DNA from: Ginglymostoma cirratum
Lineage: Eukaryota
Reading direction: 5' to 3'
Length of the DNA stretch: 64,000 nt
Assembly: GCA_024137785.1 (NCBI GenBank)
Contig: JAHRHZ010000130.1
Coordinates: forward strand, 1,562,614-1,626,613
A program made the position numbers and the translations under genes. Positions 1-15,643 of this stretch are shown piece by piece; within the stretch, counting starts at the first letter, position 1; every line of letters begins with the position of its first letter. The notes under the pieces were generated by a model, which worked only from the letters and a program-made list of their open reading frames with translations, was not told the origin of the DNA and made no database searches.

Positions 1-189
1 GCTGAACCAGACTGTTCATAACCATGGCAAACTTTTTCACCAAAGACAAGCATCCAATCACATAACCCCATCATCAACAAGACCTCAGTAACTTCACCTG
101 ACTCCACCTTAGTTCCAGCTCATCTGCTGCTGAAATTCTCATCCATTCCTTTGTTACCTCTAGACTTTATAATCTTAACACATTCCCTG

Positions 190-790
190 GCAACATCCTC
201 ATAAATCTTTTCTGAACCCTTTCAGGTTTCACAACATCCTTTCTACAGCAGGAAGACTAGAATTGAACGCAATTTTCCAAAAGTGGCCTAACCAATGTCC
301 TGGACAGCTGCAACATGGCCTCCCAACTCCTATACTCAGTGCATTGACCAATAAAGGCAAGTATACCAAATGCCTTCTTCACTACCCTGTCCACCTGCGA
401 CTCCACTTTCAAGGAATTATGAACCTGCACCCCATGGTCTCTTTGTCTGACATCACTCCCCAGGACCTTACCAATAAGTGTATAAGTCCTGCCCTGATTT
501 GCCCTTTCAAAATGGAGCACCTCACATTTATCTACACCAAACTGCATATGCCACCCCTCAGCCCATCGGATCAAGGTCCACTTGTAGTCTGAGGTAACCT
601 CCTTCACTTGTCTACTACACAACCAATTTTGGTGTCATCTGCAAACTTACTGACCATACCTCCTACATTCACATCCAAATCACTTATATCAATTACAAAA
701 AGCAGTGGACCCAGCACTGATCCTTGCGACACACCATTGGTCACAGGCCTCTAGTCTGAAAAGCAATCCTCCACCATCACTCTCTGTTAC
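190..790 (-). mobile_element. CR1-clade LINE (HER1-like) ORF2 RT fragment
   Basis: WAEGWHMQFGVDKCEVLHF...TLVRPLLENCVQF; upstream KFADDTK motif. Confidence 0.85.
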
Positions 791-819
791 CTAACTTTGT
801 GCCATGTGCTGGATATAAT

Positions 820-1530
820 TTTCAGTTCTTCCCTTGCCACAGGAGAGGTGTCAGAGATTGAAGCACAGCCAATGTGGTACTCTAATTCAATAAGGGAGCT
901 AGGGATAAACCAGGAAACTACAGGCCTGTCATTCTTACATCAGTGGTGGGGAAACAATTGGAAGCAATTCTGACGAATAAAATGCATCTGCACTTGGTGA
1001 GATAGAGATTAATCAAGAACAGCCAGCATGGATTTGTTCAAGGAAGGTCATGTCTGACCAACTTGATTGAATTTTTCGAAGACGTATGTAGATGCATAGA
1101 TGGCAGCAAGGTAATTGAGATAGTTGCCTTGGACGCCAACAAAGCTCTTGATGAGGTCCTGTGTGAGAGATTGATAGTAAAGGTAAGAGCCGAGGAAATT
1201 TAGCAAATTTGATCCAGAACTGGCTGAGTGGCAGGAAGCAGAGAAATGCGTTTGTGTCTGAATGCCTGTGCCCAGAGGAATTCTGCAGGGGTCAGTGTTG
1301 AAGCCCTTGGCCAGTCAGATGGGCTGATCAGTGTCAATTGGAAGTCAATCCAGATAAATGTGAGGTGATACACTTGGGAAGGACAAAGAAGGCAAGGAAT
1401 ACATGATGAACAGTAGAGCCATAGGAAGCATCGAGGATTAAAGAGACCTTGGTGTGCATATCCATGGTCCCTTAATGTATCAGGTAGATAAAATGATTAA
1501 AAAAGCGTATGGGATACCTGCCCTTATTAG
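820..1530 (+). mobile_element. Degenerate CR1 LINE RT fragment
   Basis: GNYRPV.LTSVVGK, QHGFVQGRSCLTNLIEFFE motifs. Confidence 0.75.
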
Positions 1531-1765
1531 TTTTTAGTTTCACAACTACAGCGACACTGACAGAAAGATAAAACTCTAAGTAAGGATTCATCTATTTCCT
1601 TACCAGATAGGTAAATCCATCTTCCTGACTGTCCACTCATTGAGCCTACAAACTTCAGTAGGGTCAGTACTGGAGTTCACAGCAGGAAGGATCCCAGATT
1701 GACTGCCAGGATCACATCCTTCATGGATATTCCAGGTTGTGAATCTTCACCTATCCTAGTGCCCC

Positions 1766-1785
1766 ATATATATATATATATATAT

Positions 1786-1833
<48 letters not shown>
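1766..1833. repeat. Compound (TA)n(TACA)n(CA)n microsatellite
   Basis: Directly visible. Confidence 0.95.
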
Positions 1834-1836
<3 letters not shown>

Positions 1837-2569
1837 ATGGAATTCTGGGAAGAAAGCCTTTGTCTGGAGAGCAAATATCTATTGTGTGGATGTACTCATA
1901 CTGACCAAGCTCCCGCGTAATCCTCTATCTGTTATTTCAATGCAGAGGTTAAACAATGTAGTTAAAATTAAGGGAATTAACATCTGCCTTAAAATGGTAG
2001 GGCTCAGGACTGTCAGGTAGACATATTACATCTACACAGAATAATGACGAGCTTCACAGTTGGACTGGAAACCTAAATCTGCTGATTCACTTTTATTCAG
2101 GAATAGATCCCAATTTGACCCCAAATCAGCCAGTTTGCAGCATTCCCCATTAATTTCGCTGAGTCTAAACCCAGTTGTGACAGTGGTTGTGTTCCATGTC
2201 CAAGAACTGTGAACCAGGCAGGCGAGTGGCTGGGATGCATTTCTTCCCGATCTCAGGGTGAACCCATACAGTGGCTTTGCTGTCAGTGAGCAGAGAACCC
2301 AAGTCCTGTTTGTCATTCTTAATGTGATCCTGAATGATTGTATTCAGGCTGGTGTTCTGTATCTGCTGTACTGCCCCCAGATCGGTCTTTCTGAGCTCCG
2401 GCCAGGTGAAAAAGACAGAAGCTAACAAAGGTGTCATTCATCCAAGGCTAATTTATTTGATGTCTGTCCTGATTATTACACTCCAGTCCAGTTACAGGGA
2501 TTATTAACACAGCAGAAACAAACATCAACTGTCAGAATGAACATAATTCACTCTCGGATGTGACTAACA

Positions 2570-5230
<2,661 letters not shown>

Positions 5231-5379
5231 AGTTAAGACACAAATAAAAAAAAGAGAATGAAAGAAAGCCCACAAAAACACAAAACTGGGGAAACAAGCT
5301 GGTTGAGATTCTGTCAAAGTTTTATATGAATTTATGGGACAAAAAAAGAGACGATGAAGGCTGCTGGCTGTCATTGAAA

Positions 5380-7560
5380 CCTCCTCTAAGACTGAAGGGC
5401 AAGGGCAGCGAGTCCAAGGAACCCTGGATATCAAGGGATATCAAGAGTTTAAAAAAATAAAAATGCATATGTTAGGTACAGTGCAATAAAATCAGGAGGG
5501 GGCCCCTTCAAAAGTACAGAGTGTAAGGGGTGCTTAAAAAATAAATTAGGAGGGCAAGTATGGCCACGAAATATCTCTGGCAGATACCATGGGAAAAAAG
5601 TCCTAAAGCATTTTAAAAGTATTTTTAGAATAAGAGGATTGCCAGGGAAACTTTGGGGCCTACTAGAAATCAATAGGGCAACACGCGTGTGGAGCCAGAG
5701 GACGTAGGTGAGATCTTAAATGAATACTTTTCATCTGTATTCACAGTGGAGAATGACATTGCAAATGGAAATTTCAGTCGGGTTGCTGAGATTCTAGAAC
5801 ACATTAAGATTAATTTGGAGGAGGTGTTAGATCTTTCAACAGGCAAAAGGGTGTACAAACCCCACGGACTGATGGGATATAGAGTCAGAGAGCTTTACAG
5901 CATGGACACAGATCCTTTCATCTAATTCGTCCATACCAACAAGATATCCTAAATTAATCTGGTCCAATTTGCCAGCATTTGGCCCATATCACTCTAAACC
6001 CTTCCTATTCATGTACCCTTTCCAGATGTGTTAAAATGTTGTAATTGCACCAGCCTCCACCACTTAAACTGGCTGCTCATTCTATACATGCACTAATCTC
6101 TGCGTGAAAAAATTGCCTCGTAGGTCCTTCAAGCAAACTAAACTTTTAACCAGGCTCGGCATGGAAAATGCAAGAAGGCTGCCTTCCTTAAATCAGATGG
6201 GATCTGGAACTAGGGCCCAGAGGAGTTTGTAGCTGTGGTCTCAGGCCTGGCCAAAGTGACCATCAACGGGTCCAGGCAGTGAGCTATAATGGGGGACTGC
6301 TACCTGTCTTCTGCCCCAGTCTATTCAGTTTCTCTCTATATAGTTCCAACCCTGGCAACATTCTTGTAAATCTTTGTGAATGCTTTCAAGTTTAACAACA
6401 TTTTTTTGTTATAGCATGGAGACCAAAATTGAATGTAGTATTCCAAAAGTGCCCTAAAATGTCCTGTACACCTGCAATATGACATTTCAACTCCTAAACT
6501 CAATGCACTGACCAAAAAAGGCAAGCATACCAAACACCTTCTTCACTATCCTGTCTACCTGTGACTCCACATCCAAGAAATGATGAACCTGCACTCCAAG
6601 GTCTCTTTGTTCAGCAACACTCCCCAGGAACCGAAAAGCAGCCCTCCACCACCATGCTTGTTTCCTAACTTCAAGCCAATTTTTGTATCCAAATAGCTAG
6701 CTTTGTGTGGATTCCACATTATCTAACCTCGCTAATTATCTCAAGTTGCAAGGAGGCAAGGGAGGAGATTGTTGGGGCCCTGGCAGAGGTAGCTAATGCT
6801 TCACTGGCCATAGCCAAAGTACCACATGGCTGGAAGATAACTAATGTGGTTCTTCTGTTCAAGGAGGGCAGCATGGAAAGGCCAGATAATTAACTGGTGA
6901 TGTCAGTGATAGGGAAATTATTGGAAAAAAATCTGAAGGACGGGATTAGTCAACATGGAAAGGCAGAGATTGATCAGCGATGTTAGCATGGATTTGTTAG
7001 AGGGACATCCTGTCTAACTGAATTGAGAATCTCTTCCCCATGACAAATGCATTTAAGACGAGAGAGCAGACTGGAAAGGAACAATTGTCTGTCCAACTGT
7101 CTTTCTCTCTCTTTGGGCTCGATCCTATCATTTACTCCCTACCCTACCCAACTCCCTATTTTCTGCATATAAACTGATGTTTTCCCAGCCACTACCAGTT
7201 CTGAGGAAGGGTCACCAGACCTGAAACGTTAACTCTGTTTTTCTTTCACAGATGCTGTCAGACCTGCTGAGCTTTTCCAGCAACTTTGTTTTTGTTGTAA
7301 TTGGTTTAAGAGGTTGTCTGAAAAAATGAAACACCCAGAGGGTGGTAGATAGAGGCAACGTGCTGCCTGAGAGACTGGTGGAAACAGGTAATTTAGCAAC
7401 ACTTAAGAAGCATCTGGATGAGTACTTAAAATGCCAGGGCAAGGTCAGATATGGCCCACATGCAGGTAAATGTGATTAGTGTGTCTGGGTGTTTGTTGGT
7501 CAGCATAGAGGCGGTGGGCTGAAGGGCCTGTTTCACTGATGTACGTCTCTATGAAACCAA
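5380..7560. mobile_element. Nested, fragmented CR1 LINE pieces (+ at ~5380-5880, 6740-7030 and 7300-7560; - at ~5880-6130 and 6340-6730)
   Basis: EILNEYFSSVFTVE, WKITNVVLLFK, LLEYYIQFWSPCY and a CR1 3' UTR. Confidence 0.75.
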
Positions 7561-7849
7561 ACTGATTCACAAACGTCCTTCAGGGAAAGGATCTTGCCAG
7601 CAGATCTGGGCCTTTAAAATACTCTGGTTTCTATGGGAGGACAAAGTGAGTGGTGGAAGATACAGGAAGGAATTGGATTTTAAATATTTACTACTCAACC
7701 AAAACGGTGTCAGAATCTCCCAGCACCTCACTCTTCCAGAATCACAACCACCTCCACCTAAAAGGACCACACTATCAGGTTTATGTACAATCATCACCAC
7801 CCAATCACACACCATCCTGACTTGTCTGACATCCAGTACTGGGTGAGCT

Positions 7850-8520
7850 GAAATTTTCTCTCTTTAGATATTGGAAAGGCTGAAGCCATTGGCGTCACTT
7901 CCTGTTACAAACTTTACTCCCTCAGCTCGGACTCTATCTGTCTCCCTGGGCACTGTCTGAAGCTGAACCACCTCGTTCACAACTAACATGAAATATTTCA
8001 CCCTAAGTTGAGCTTCCAACACACATCCCCATCATCACCAAGACCTCAGTAACATCACCAGACTTCATGCTAGTCTTAGTTCATCTGATGCTGAAACTTT
8101 ATTCATTTTCTACCTCTAGAATTATCTAACTTCACACACTCCTGGCGGGCCTTCCACATTCAATCTCCCAGTAATCTTGAGGTCATGCAAAACTCCCAGG
8201 TGCTTATTCGCACTAGACATTTTCACCCTCTGCAATGACCTACCCATTTTCTGGGTGACAAAGCACTAAGATATTGAAATTCTTATCCATATTGTGAAAT
8301 TTCTCTATAGCTCCTCCCACTCTTAGTAATCTCCTTCAGCATCAGAACTCTCTGAGATACAATGTATCCTAAATTTCAACCTCCTAAGCATCCCTGATTT
8401 TAAGTGTCCTGCCTCTATCATCATGCTTTCACCATCCAAGGATATAAGCTTTTGCATTTACTCCATAAATGTCAATCACTTTTAACCTCACTTCCTTTCT
8501 TCAAGTTATTCCTTGAAACC
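7850..8520 (+). mobile_element. Old L2-like LINE 3' fragment (related copies at 1-180, ~19130-19870 -, ~21810-22270 -, ~49000-49850 -)
   Basis: CTGATGCTGAAACT..ATTCAT...ACCTCTAGA corresponds to the L2 'AE.LIH.F..SRLDY' region. Confidence 0.55.
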
Positions 8521-8533
8521 TTGCCCTCAAAAG

Positions 8534-8827
8534 GGGCAGCACAGTGGCTCAGTGGTTAGCACTGCAGCCTCACAGCACCAGGGACCCAGGTTCGATTCCA
8601 TCCTCAGGCGACTGTCTATGTGGAGTTTGCATATTCTCCACATATCTGTGTGGGTTTCCTCCCACAGTCCAAAGATGTGCAGGCTAGGTGGATTGACCAT
8701 GCTAAATTGCCCATAGTGTTCAGGGAGGTGTGGGTTATAGGGGGATGGGTCTGAGTGGGATACTCTGAAGTTCGGTGTGGACTTGTTGGGCCGAAGGGCC
8801 TGTTTCCACACTGTAGGGATTCTATGA
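8534..8827 (+). mobile_element. HE1-like tRNA-derived V-SINE
   Basis: GGCAGCACAGTGGCTCAGTGGTTAGCACTGC (A box)...GGTTCGATTCC (B box), V-domain TGTGGAGTTTGCA..TTCTCC, CR1-like tail. Confidence 0.85.
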
Positions 8828-9329
8828 AACTGATGGCTTTGGTCCAGTTTTGGTCACCTGTCCTAATATGTTCATATCTGCCTGATGTTAAGTATTGTTT
8901 TATGACTACCTAATGTAATATCTCATCATTTTATTCCATCAAATGTGTGAAAAAAATACAAGTTATTGTTCATTTAGACAAATACCCTGGTCATTCACTG
9001 TCATTTGGTCTCTACTTACCGAACAGTATTTTGGGAGCACTTCACCACATGAACTGTAGTAGTTCCGGAAGGTCAAATATCATCTTCTCCAAAAGGTAAC
9101 TGAGGATTGGCAATATTTACTGAAATCTGTGGAAAGAGACACAGAGTAAATGTTTCAGGATATGCTGAATTAATTACAGAGAATAAGCATGGTGCAGACT
9201 TTTTTGCTAACATAAGCTCAGAAGCAGAAGAGAAAAGGACTGCATTGCAGGAAGAACAATACTTGACTTAGAAAGATATTCTGGGAAGGGAAAGCTTCTA
9301 AATCCACAGCATATGGTCAGGAAGATCTG

Positions 9330-9825
9330 AACTAAAACTGGAGAAGGTACAGAAAAGATTTGCAAGGATGTTGCCAGGATTGGAGGGTTTGAGCAATAGG
9401 GAAAGGCTGAATGGGCTAGCGCATTTGTCCCTGAAGCATCAGAGCCTGAAAGGTGACCTTACAGAGGTTGACAAGATAATGAGGGGCATGGATATAGAGA
9501 ATAGCCAAAGTCTTTTTCCCAGGGTTGGGGAGTCCAAAACTAGCGGGCAACGGTTTAAATGGAGAGGGGAAAGATTTAAAAGGGACCCGAGGGACAACTT
9601 TTTCATGCAGAGGGTGGTGCACGTATGAAACAAGCTGCCAGAGGAAGCTGGGGAGGCGGGTACCATTACAACACTTAAAAGGCATCTGGATGGGTACATG
9701 AATGGGAAGGATTTAGACAGATATGGGTCAAATGCTGGCAAATTGAATTGATTAGATTAGGATACCTGGTCAACATGAATAATTTAGACCAAAGGGACTG
9801 TTTCCATTACGTATGACGCTGTGTT
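9330..9825 (+). mobile_element. CR1 LINE 3' end
   Basis: MLPGLEGLS..ERL..L..L+GDLTEV.KIMRG...NFFMQRVV followed by the 3' UTR. Confidence 0.85.
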
Positions 9826-11479
9826 ATAGTGGAAACCTCAGCTGGACACAGATGACAAAACTAACATGGACAGAGGGAGGGCAAAAGTGAAACACAGCAA
9901 TGTATTGAAATGGATTCAGATCCACACTAAAGGAGACACACCAGCCCAGAGCCACAGAACTTCTCACGGGTAACAGACAAAATTGTTGATGAATAGTCAA
10001 AAATACTAAACAATGTCACTATTTTCAATTTGAAACTCTCTTCCCGGAGCCTACAGCTGGAAAGGTATCAGGAACACTGGAGTCAGAGGAAAATCTCATT
10101 GTTGAGGAAATCCCCTGGGAGTGACTGATGTCACTGTGTAATTCTTGCTGTATGATGACATCACACACAGGAATACAGAGCATCTGGGTCTGTACAAATC
10201 AGAGATCACCCACACATTGGGAAGGATGGCTGGGTTCCTGATGAGGGGCCAGATTGGTTCATTCACCAGAATGGTTCAGGACTGAGGGATGGTGATGTGA
10301 AGGAGCAACTGAAACTAAAGGGAGATTAGACAGACCCGCAAGATATAAATATCTTGTTGATGTTCATATTAGCTGATAGGAAATGGATCATGGGATACTA
10401 ATTTAAGATCTTAGACATAGTGACAGAGAGAATATGATGAAGAAATTATACGCAGTACATGATAATGACTGGGAAGTCAATGCTTACCCAAAGGCCAAAA
10501 ATATTGAGTATCTGATGAATCCACTGATTCTGTCAGATTCTTAAACGATGTTTGGTTGGAGTTTTCAGTCTGTGAATCCTCTTCAAATACTCTGGAAAAG
10601 AAATTTAGAAAGACAGTGTCAGGGGAGGTTAGAACTCATACAAATTATTCCCTTTGTCTGATTTTTGCACGTATGCGCTTCCAAACCTCAGTGATAGAAA
10701 TTTCCAAAATCAATCACTATCAGTTCAGGATAGAACAGAGCAATAAAAACCAAAATGTGGAAGCTGTAAATCAGGAACAAAAACAGAAGCTGCTGGAAAT
10801 GCTTAGCAGGTCTGGCAGCATCTGTGAAGAAAAAATGAGACTTAATGTTTCAGGTCACCAGATGTGAAACGTTTATTCTGATTTTTTTTTCTTCACAGAT
10901 GCTGCCAGACCTGATGAGCATTTCCAGCAACTTCTGTTTATGTTATATAACAGAGCGATATCAGGTTGTAAATGTGAATGTTGTTTCTCTATCCATAAAG
11001 GCTGCCAGTCCTTTGGGGTCCCAGCACCTTCTATTTTACTTTAGAAAATAATAATGTCCCTTTCCTTCTGGCTCAGATCGACCACGCACACTTCTGCTGC
11101 GAGTGCCACTCAATGTGATCTGCAGTCTTTGGATTCGATGGTGACTTCTAGTCAGGGTTGTGAGCGACCGCCCTGGGTCTTTATGTGACTGACCAGAGCC
11201 ACAAATCTTTGGACACATGAGGCAGGTTGTCTCATGAAAAATGGATCTGGAGGGCAGGATTTGCTTCCCTTTCCTTCCTTGTCTGCTGCTCCTCTCTCTC
11301 ATCAATTAGATATTCGGTGTGAAAGGCTAATGCAATTTGATGGACCAGCGTCTGCAATCCTTACTATCCCTTGATGGAGAAGTTGTCTTCATTCTGAACA
11401 ATGGGCAGCAGGCCTCCTCCGAATGATTGCAAACATTGCCCCTTACAAAGGTGGCGTCCACACATGCCTCTCCACCACC

Positions 11480-11825
11480 CTCCCCCAAACCTTCAAGTGC
11501 CCCCGATAAAGATGGCTGACGGAACCGAAGCCTGCCCCTGGACGGAAGCCTGAAGCCGTCGTCCTATTTGATGCAAACAGAAGCCCAGGAGTTTCTTCTT
11601 CGGATTTTAATATTTGCACAAAAATGTTACAAAGTCTTCCTGTGACCTGCCGGATCCACTGCGCTCTGCGATCTGCTTCATTTTCACCGAAAAGAACACC
11701 TCCATCCGTTGCCATCACTCACTCAACGCAAGTTCCGTTCAGCATTCTGCGTTGCGTCTGCGCTCTGTTGCCTGCATTGTTGATAGTGGACATTCCGAAG
11801 CGTGTGGGATACTGGGTAAGTGATC
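11480..11825. promoter_or_regulatory. CpG promoter module copy (minus-strand YY1 part) with a plus-strand splice donor; possible divergent promoter
   Basis: AAAGATGGCTG at ~11507 (reverse complement GCCATCTTTATCGGGGGCAC, as in the 59080 copy), tandem CGGAA ETS-like motifs, and G|GTAAGT at ~11816. Confidence 0.45.
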
Positions 11826-11894
11826 TGCCATGGATCGATTTATTTTCTTGAATTTCTTGCTATTCCTGATACTTCTTTTGAGGGAATACCTTGA

Positions 11895-12200
11895 AGAGGG
11901 GCGATGGCCTAGTGATATTATCGCTGGACTATTAATCTAGAGAGACACGTAATGTTCTGGGCAACTGGGTTCAAATCATGCCACAGCAGATTGTGCAATT
12001 TGAATCCAACAGAAACCAGAGTTGATTGTCAGACAAATCCGTCTGGTTCACTGATGTCCATTAGGGAAGGAAGTCTGTCATCCTTACCTGGTCTGGCATA
12101 CATGTGTTTACAGACTCGCAGGAATGTAGTTGACCATGGGCAATTAAGGGATGGATAATAAATACTGGAATAGCCAGTCCTATCCTCATCTGTAAATGAA
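11895..12200 (+). mobile_element. Second tRNA-derived SINE family (other copies ~3470-3790, 22630-22780 -, 26860-27190 -, 52520-52740, 61180-61510)
   Basis: TGGCCTAGTG.TATTATCGCTGGACTATTAATC...GGGTTCAAATC, central CCTTACCTGGTCTGGC, tail shared with the LINE at 17440. Confidence 0.7.
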
Positions 12201-12679
12201 CATATTTTTTCAAAATCCTCTGTCAAAGCATTTTCTCGTCCTGAGAAAACATAATGCACACTACAGTGTCTTATATCACCAACACACCAAATACAGGAAG
12301 AACAACAATTTAAACCAAGGACTTGGTGGATCCTCAGAGTTTGGTGAACTAATGCCTCCGATTTTGTTTAACCTCCTTCAGACATTCCAGTTCGAATGCA
12401 TCATTTTATTTGTATAATTCTAAAATGACAAAATCATTTTTCATGTTTCTCAGTGGTGCCAGTTAACGTTCTCATCAAACAAAAGTGTTTTAAAAATATG
12501 TTTAAAGATTCTGAATTTATATTCAATTCTGAAATGTGAAAGTGAATTCTGAAAATGCCTTTAGGAGTACATTCAGTTGACAATATACAGAAAATGCAAG
12601 AAGAGATTAGCAGTTCTGGTCTTTGTTTTGTTTTGGAATGAAGATGATCTGGTGAAATGATGTGTCCTTTTAACTCACT

Positions 12680-14150
12680 GAGTTGCTGGAAAAGCTCAGC
12701 AGGTCTGGCAGCATTTGGTGACGCTTCCTCAGAACAGATGGTAGCTAGGAAAATGTCAGTTTATCTTCTGCATATGAACTGACATTTACCTAGCTACCAT
12801 CAGTTTGCTGAGATTATTGATCTGTTTAAGGTTTGGTGGTTGTTTGAAGGTAAGAAGTAAAGGCGTATGGATGATCTTGGCGAGATGCTCATTATCATCA
12901 ATGACATGTTGAAGGCTGCAAAGAACGTGTCAAAGTTTCTTCGCTTTGGTGAGTTACTGGATGACAAAGGGTACTTTATCAGTCATAACCTGTGTCTGTC
13001 TTCTGAGAAGGTCTTTAAGTTTTTTGCTGCGGCACGTCAGAACTGGCAATTGATGAGCTGAGCATTCTATCCCGGTGTAATGAGGGTGTCACTCAAAACC
13101 TTTAGGTCTCCATTTGTTCACAGCAAACAACCCAGCCATCAGGACAACATCATACACAACACCACACAACACTGCCATGGCAACGTCTGCAAGACAAGTC
13201 AGATCATCAACATGGATACCACCATCACACGTGCGAATACGAAGTACAAGGCAGATACTCATGTGACTCAGAAATGTTGTCTATCTCATACACTGCAGGC
13301 AAGAATGCCCCGAGGCATGGTATATTGGTGAGACCAGGCAGATGCTATGACAATGGATGAATGGACACCACGCAATAATTGCCAGACAGGAATGTTCTCT
13401 CCCAGTCGGGGAACACTTCAGTGGTCAAGGACATTCAGCCTCCGATCTTTGGGTAAGCATCCTCCAAGGCAGACTTCAAGATACACAACAGCACAGAATC
13501 ACCAAGCAGAAACTGATGGACAATTGCCATACCCATGAAGACGGCTTCAACTCTGATCATGGGTTCATGTCACACTACATGTGACCCCACCACACTGTTC
13601 TATATCTGTAAAATCTTCCTTACTGTCCTGTTTTGACACCATCAATTTGATAAATTGTTATGATCTCTCTACCTTAATTAGTTTGCACAGTTTTGGATTA
13701 CTTTCTACCTTGGTTAGACCCTCGGCATGCAACTGTTATACCTATCATGTTATGCCAGTCATTTGGTTTGTCTCCAGCAACACTTCATCTTTTTTGTTTT
13801 GAAATTATCTCTCTGCCTCATTTAATCAGATTATTGGTCATCCCTTCACTTGTTACTCAGCCGTTGACACTTTACTCACACCGTCTGACACTTTAATCCC
13901 CTGCAGAGATTAATTGAACACCCCATTCACACCATTTGTATGATCTTTTGATCTCTCTGCCCTTGATCTCTCTGCCCATAAATTTTATGTTCTTTGTCAT
14001 TTTCTCTCACTTCACCTGACAAAGAGCCTATTCTTCAAAAGCTCGTGATTTCAAATAAACCTGTTGGACTATAACCTGGTGCTGTATCACTTCTGACTTT
14101 GTCCAGTCCAGTACTACCCCAGCATCTCCACGTGATGAAGGAGTAACAGC
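12680..14150 (+). mobile_element. Penelope-like element (GIY-YIG endonuclease end plus terminal repeat; inverted 5' portion)
   Basis: CKT.QIINMDTTIT...NVVYLI.C...WYIGET...MNGH...LPVGEHFSGQGHS; the terminus has a decayed CTGA...GAAA motif at ~14017. Confidence 0.75.
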
Positions 14151-14274
14151 TGAGGAGTGGAAGATGTGAATGATTGTATTTGTGACTGGGAAGAATACAC
14201 TGGAACCTCGGATTTTGAGGTTCCAGGTGGATTTGGCTCAGTGTGAAATGAGAGATGAAATAGTAGTTAGTCAG

Positions 14275-14346
14275 GCCCAGCTAGCTCAGGCAGCAGAGCA
14301 CGAATTCTTAATCTCAGGGTCATGGGCTTGAGCCCCACGCTGGGCG
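14275..14346 (+). tRNA. tRNA-Lys(CTT) pseudogene
   Basis: GCCCAGCTAGCTCAGGCAGCAGAGCACGAATTCTTAATCTCAGGGTCATGGGCTTGAGCCCCACGCTGGGCG aligns with canonical tRNA-Lys-CTT. D-loop GG, anticodon stem and GTTCG box are mutated. A TTTTT follows at ~14353. Confidence 0.85.
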
Positions 14347-15570
14347 CCTTCATTTTTAGAACTTCACTTTGGGAGTTGGAGCTCAGGTCTCCAATCCACT
14401 GGCAGTATCACCGCATGAAACAGGGTCTCTCTCCTGTTGCTTTTGTTCAGAGACTCGTTTCTGCATGAAAACCATCTCTGCTGTACTGGAAGTGCCAGAC
14501 AAGTTTGTAGGTGCAGCTGAATGTAAAATGAATGATATCACTTTCAAAGGGGAAAGTTCCACTCCAGCCCTGCAGCAACAAAACTATTCAGAGTCACAGA
14601 ATGAGAATGGCCACTTCCGGGAGAGATTGGCAGTGGTGGCTCCATGTCAAATGGAGCGGAACCAGAATTAACTGATTCAGAAGATTCCAATGAAAACATC
14701 AGGGAACTCTCCCTGAACATTTACAAGGAATATTATCTTCTTGTGTGACTGTGTGGGTTTACGCAATGAAATATTTATTCTCAGTAACAGAGGGGCAGGG
14801 TTGAGAGTTTTCAGTGTAGGACAGAAGTGATCTGGGTGAACGGGAAAGTAAAACATTCCCAGAGCAGAGAGCACTGATATGTCCAGAATAGCTCTCCCAA
14901 TTTCTGTATTTTTAACAAAAACAGAGATTGCTGGAAAAAACACTCAGCAGGTCCTGGCAGCATCTGTGAAAGGAAAGCAAAGTTAACATTTTATGTCCAG
15001 TGACCCTTCATCGAATGTCGGCTCCTTTTTCCATTTACATCTCCCTGTGCCTTTCAGCAACACCCTGTTTGATTGAATCTCTCCTGCCTTCCACCTTCAT
15101 ACTGAGCTTCTCTTTTATTATTTCCTCTCTCTCTCTTGTCCAATTTCTAGATTTGTTGCAAACATGTCCCATCTCTCACTTTGCCCAATTCTGATGGAAG
15201 GTCATCAAACTGAACAGTTAACTCTGTTTCTATCTCCTTAGATACCAGATGACCATAGATGAGAAGATGTAGGACCATGATTAGGCCTTTCAACCCATCT
15301 AGTCTACTCTATCATTCGATCATGACTGATATGGTTCTCAACCCCATTCTCCAGCCTTTCTCCTGTAACATTTGATCCTCCTGGATTTAGGATTCAGTTT
15401 CTTTTCCAGTATGGATTTGAATCCGACCCCCTGCACATGTGCTGGTAGCTTGTTACACCATCTCTTTGTGTGACCGAGTTCGATTTCAGTCATGCACAAC
15501 AAAACCAAACTGTTCTGGACAAAGCAATCCATGATGCATGACAGCTCGATTGGGTCGGTGGCCCTATTCT

Positions 15571-15643
15571 GCTTCTGTAGTGTAGTGATTATCATGTTTG
15601 CCTTACATGCAAAAGATCCCTGGTTTGATATCAAGCAGAAATA
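15571..15643 (+). tRNA. tRNA-Val pseudogene (GTTTCCG-type body, anticodon now TAC)
   Basis: GCTTCTGTAGTGTAGTGATTATCATGTTTGCCTTACATGCAAAAGATCCCTGGTTTGATATCAAGCAGAAATA is colinear with tRNA-Val(CAC/AAC). All CpGs are lost, largely as TG/CA. Confidence 0.85.

Noticed and set aside
7620-7633. ATACTCTGGTTTCT resembling the U5 snRNA 5' end
   Set aside because: Only 14 nt match and nothing follows; likely chance.
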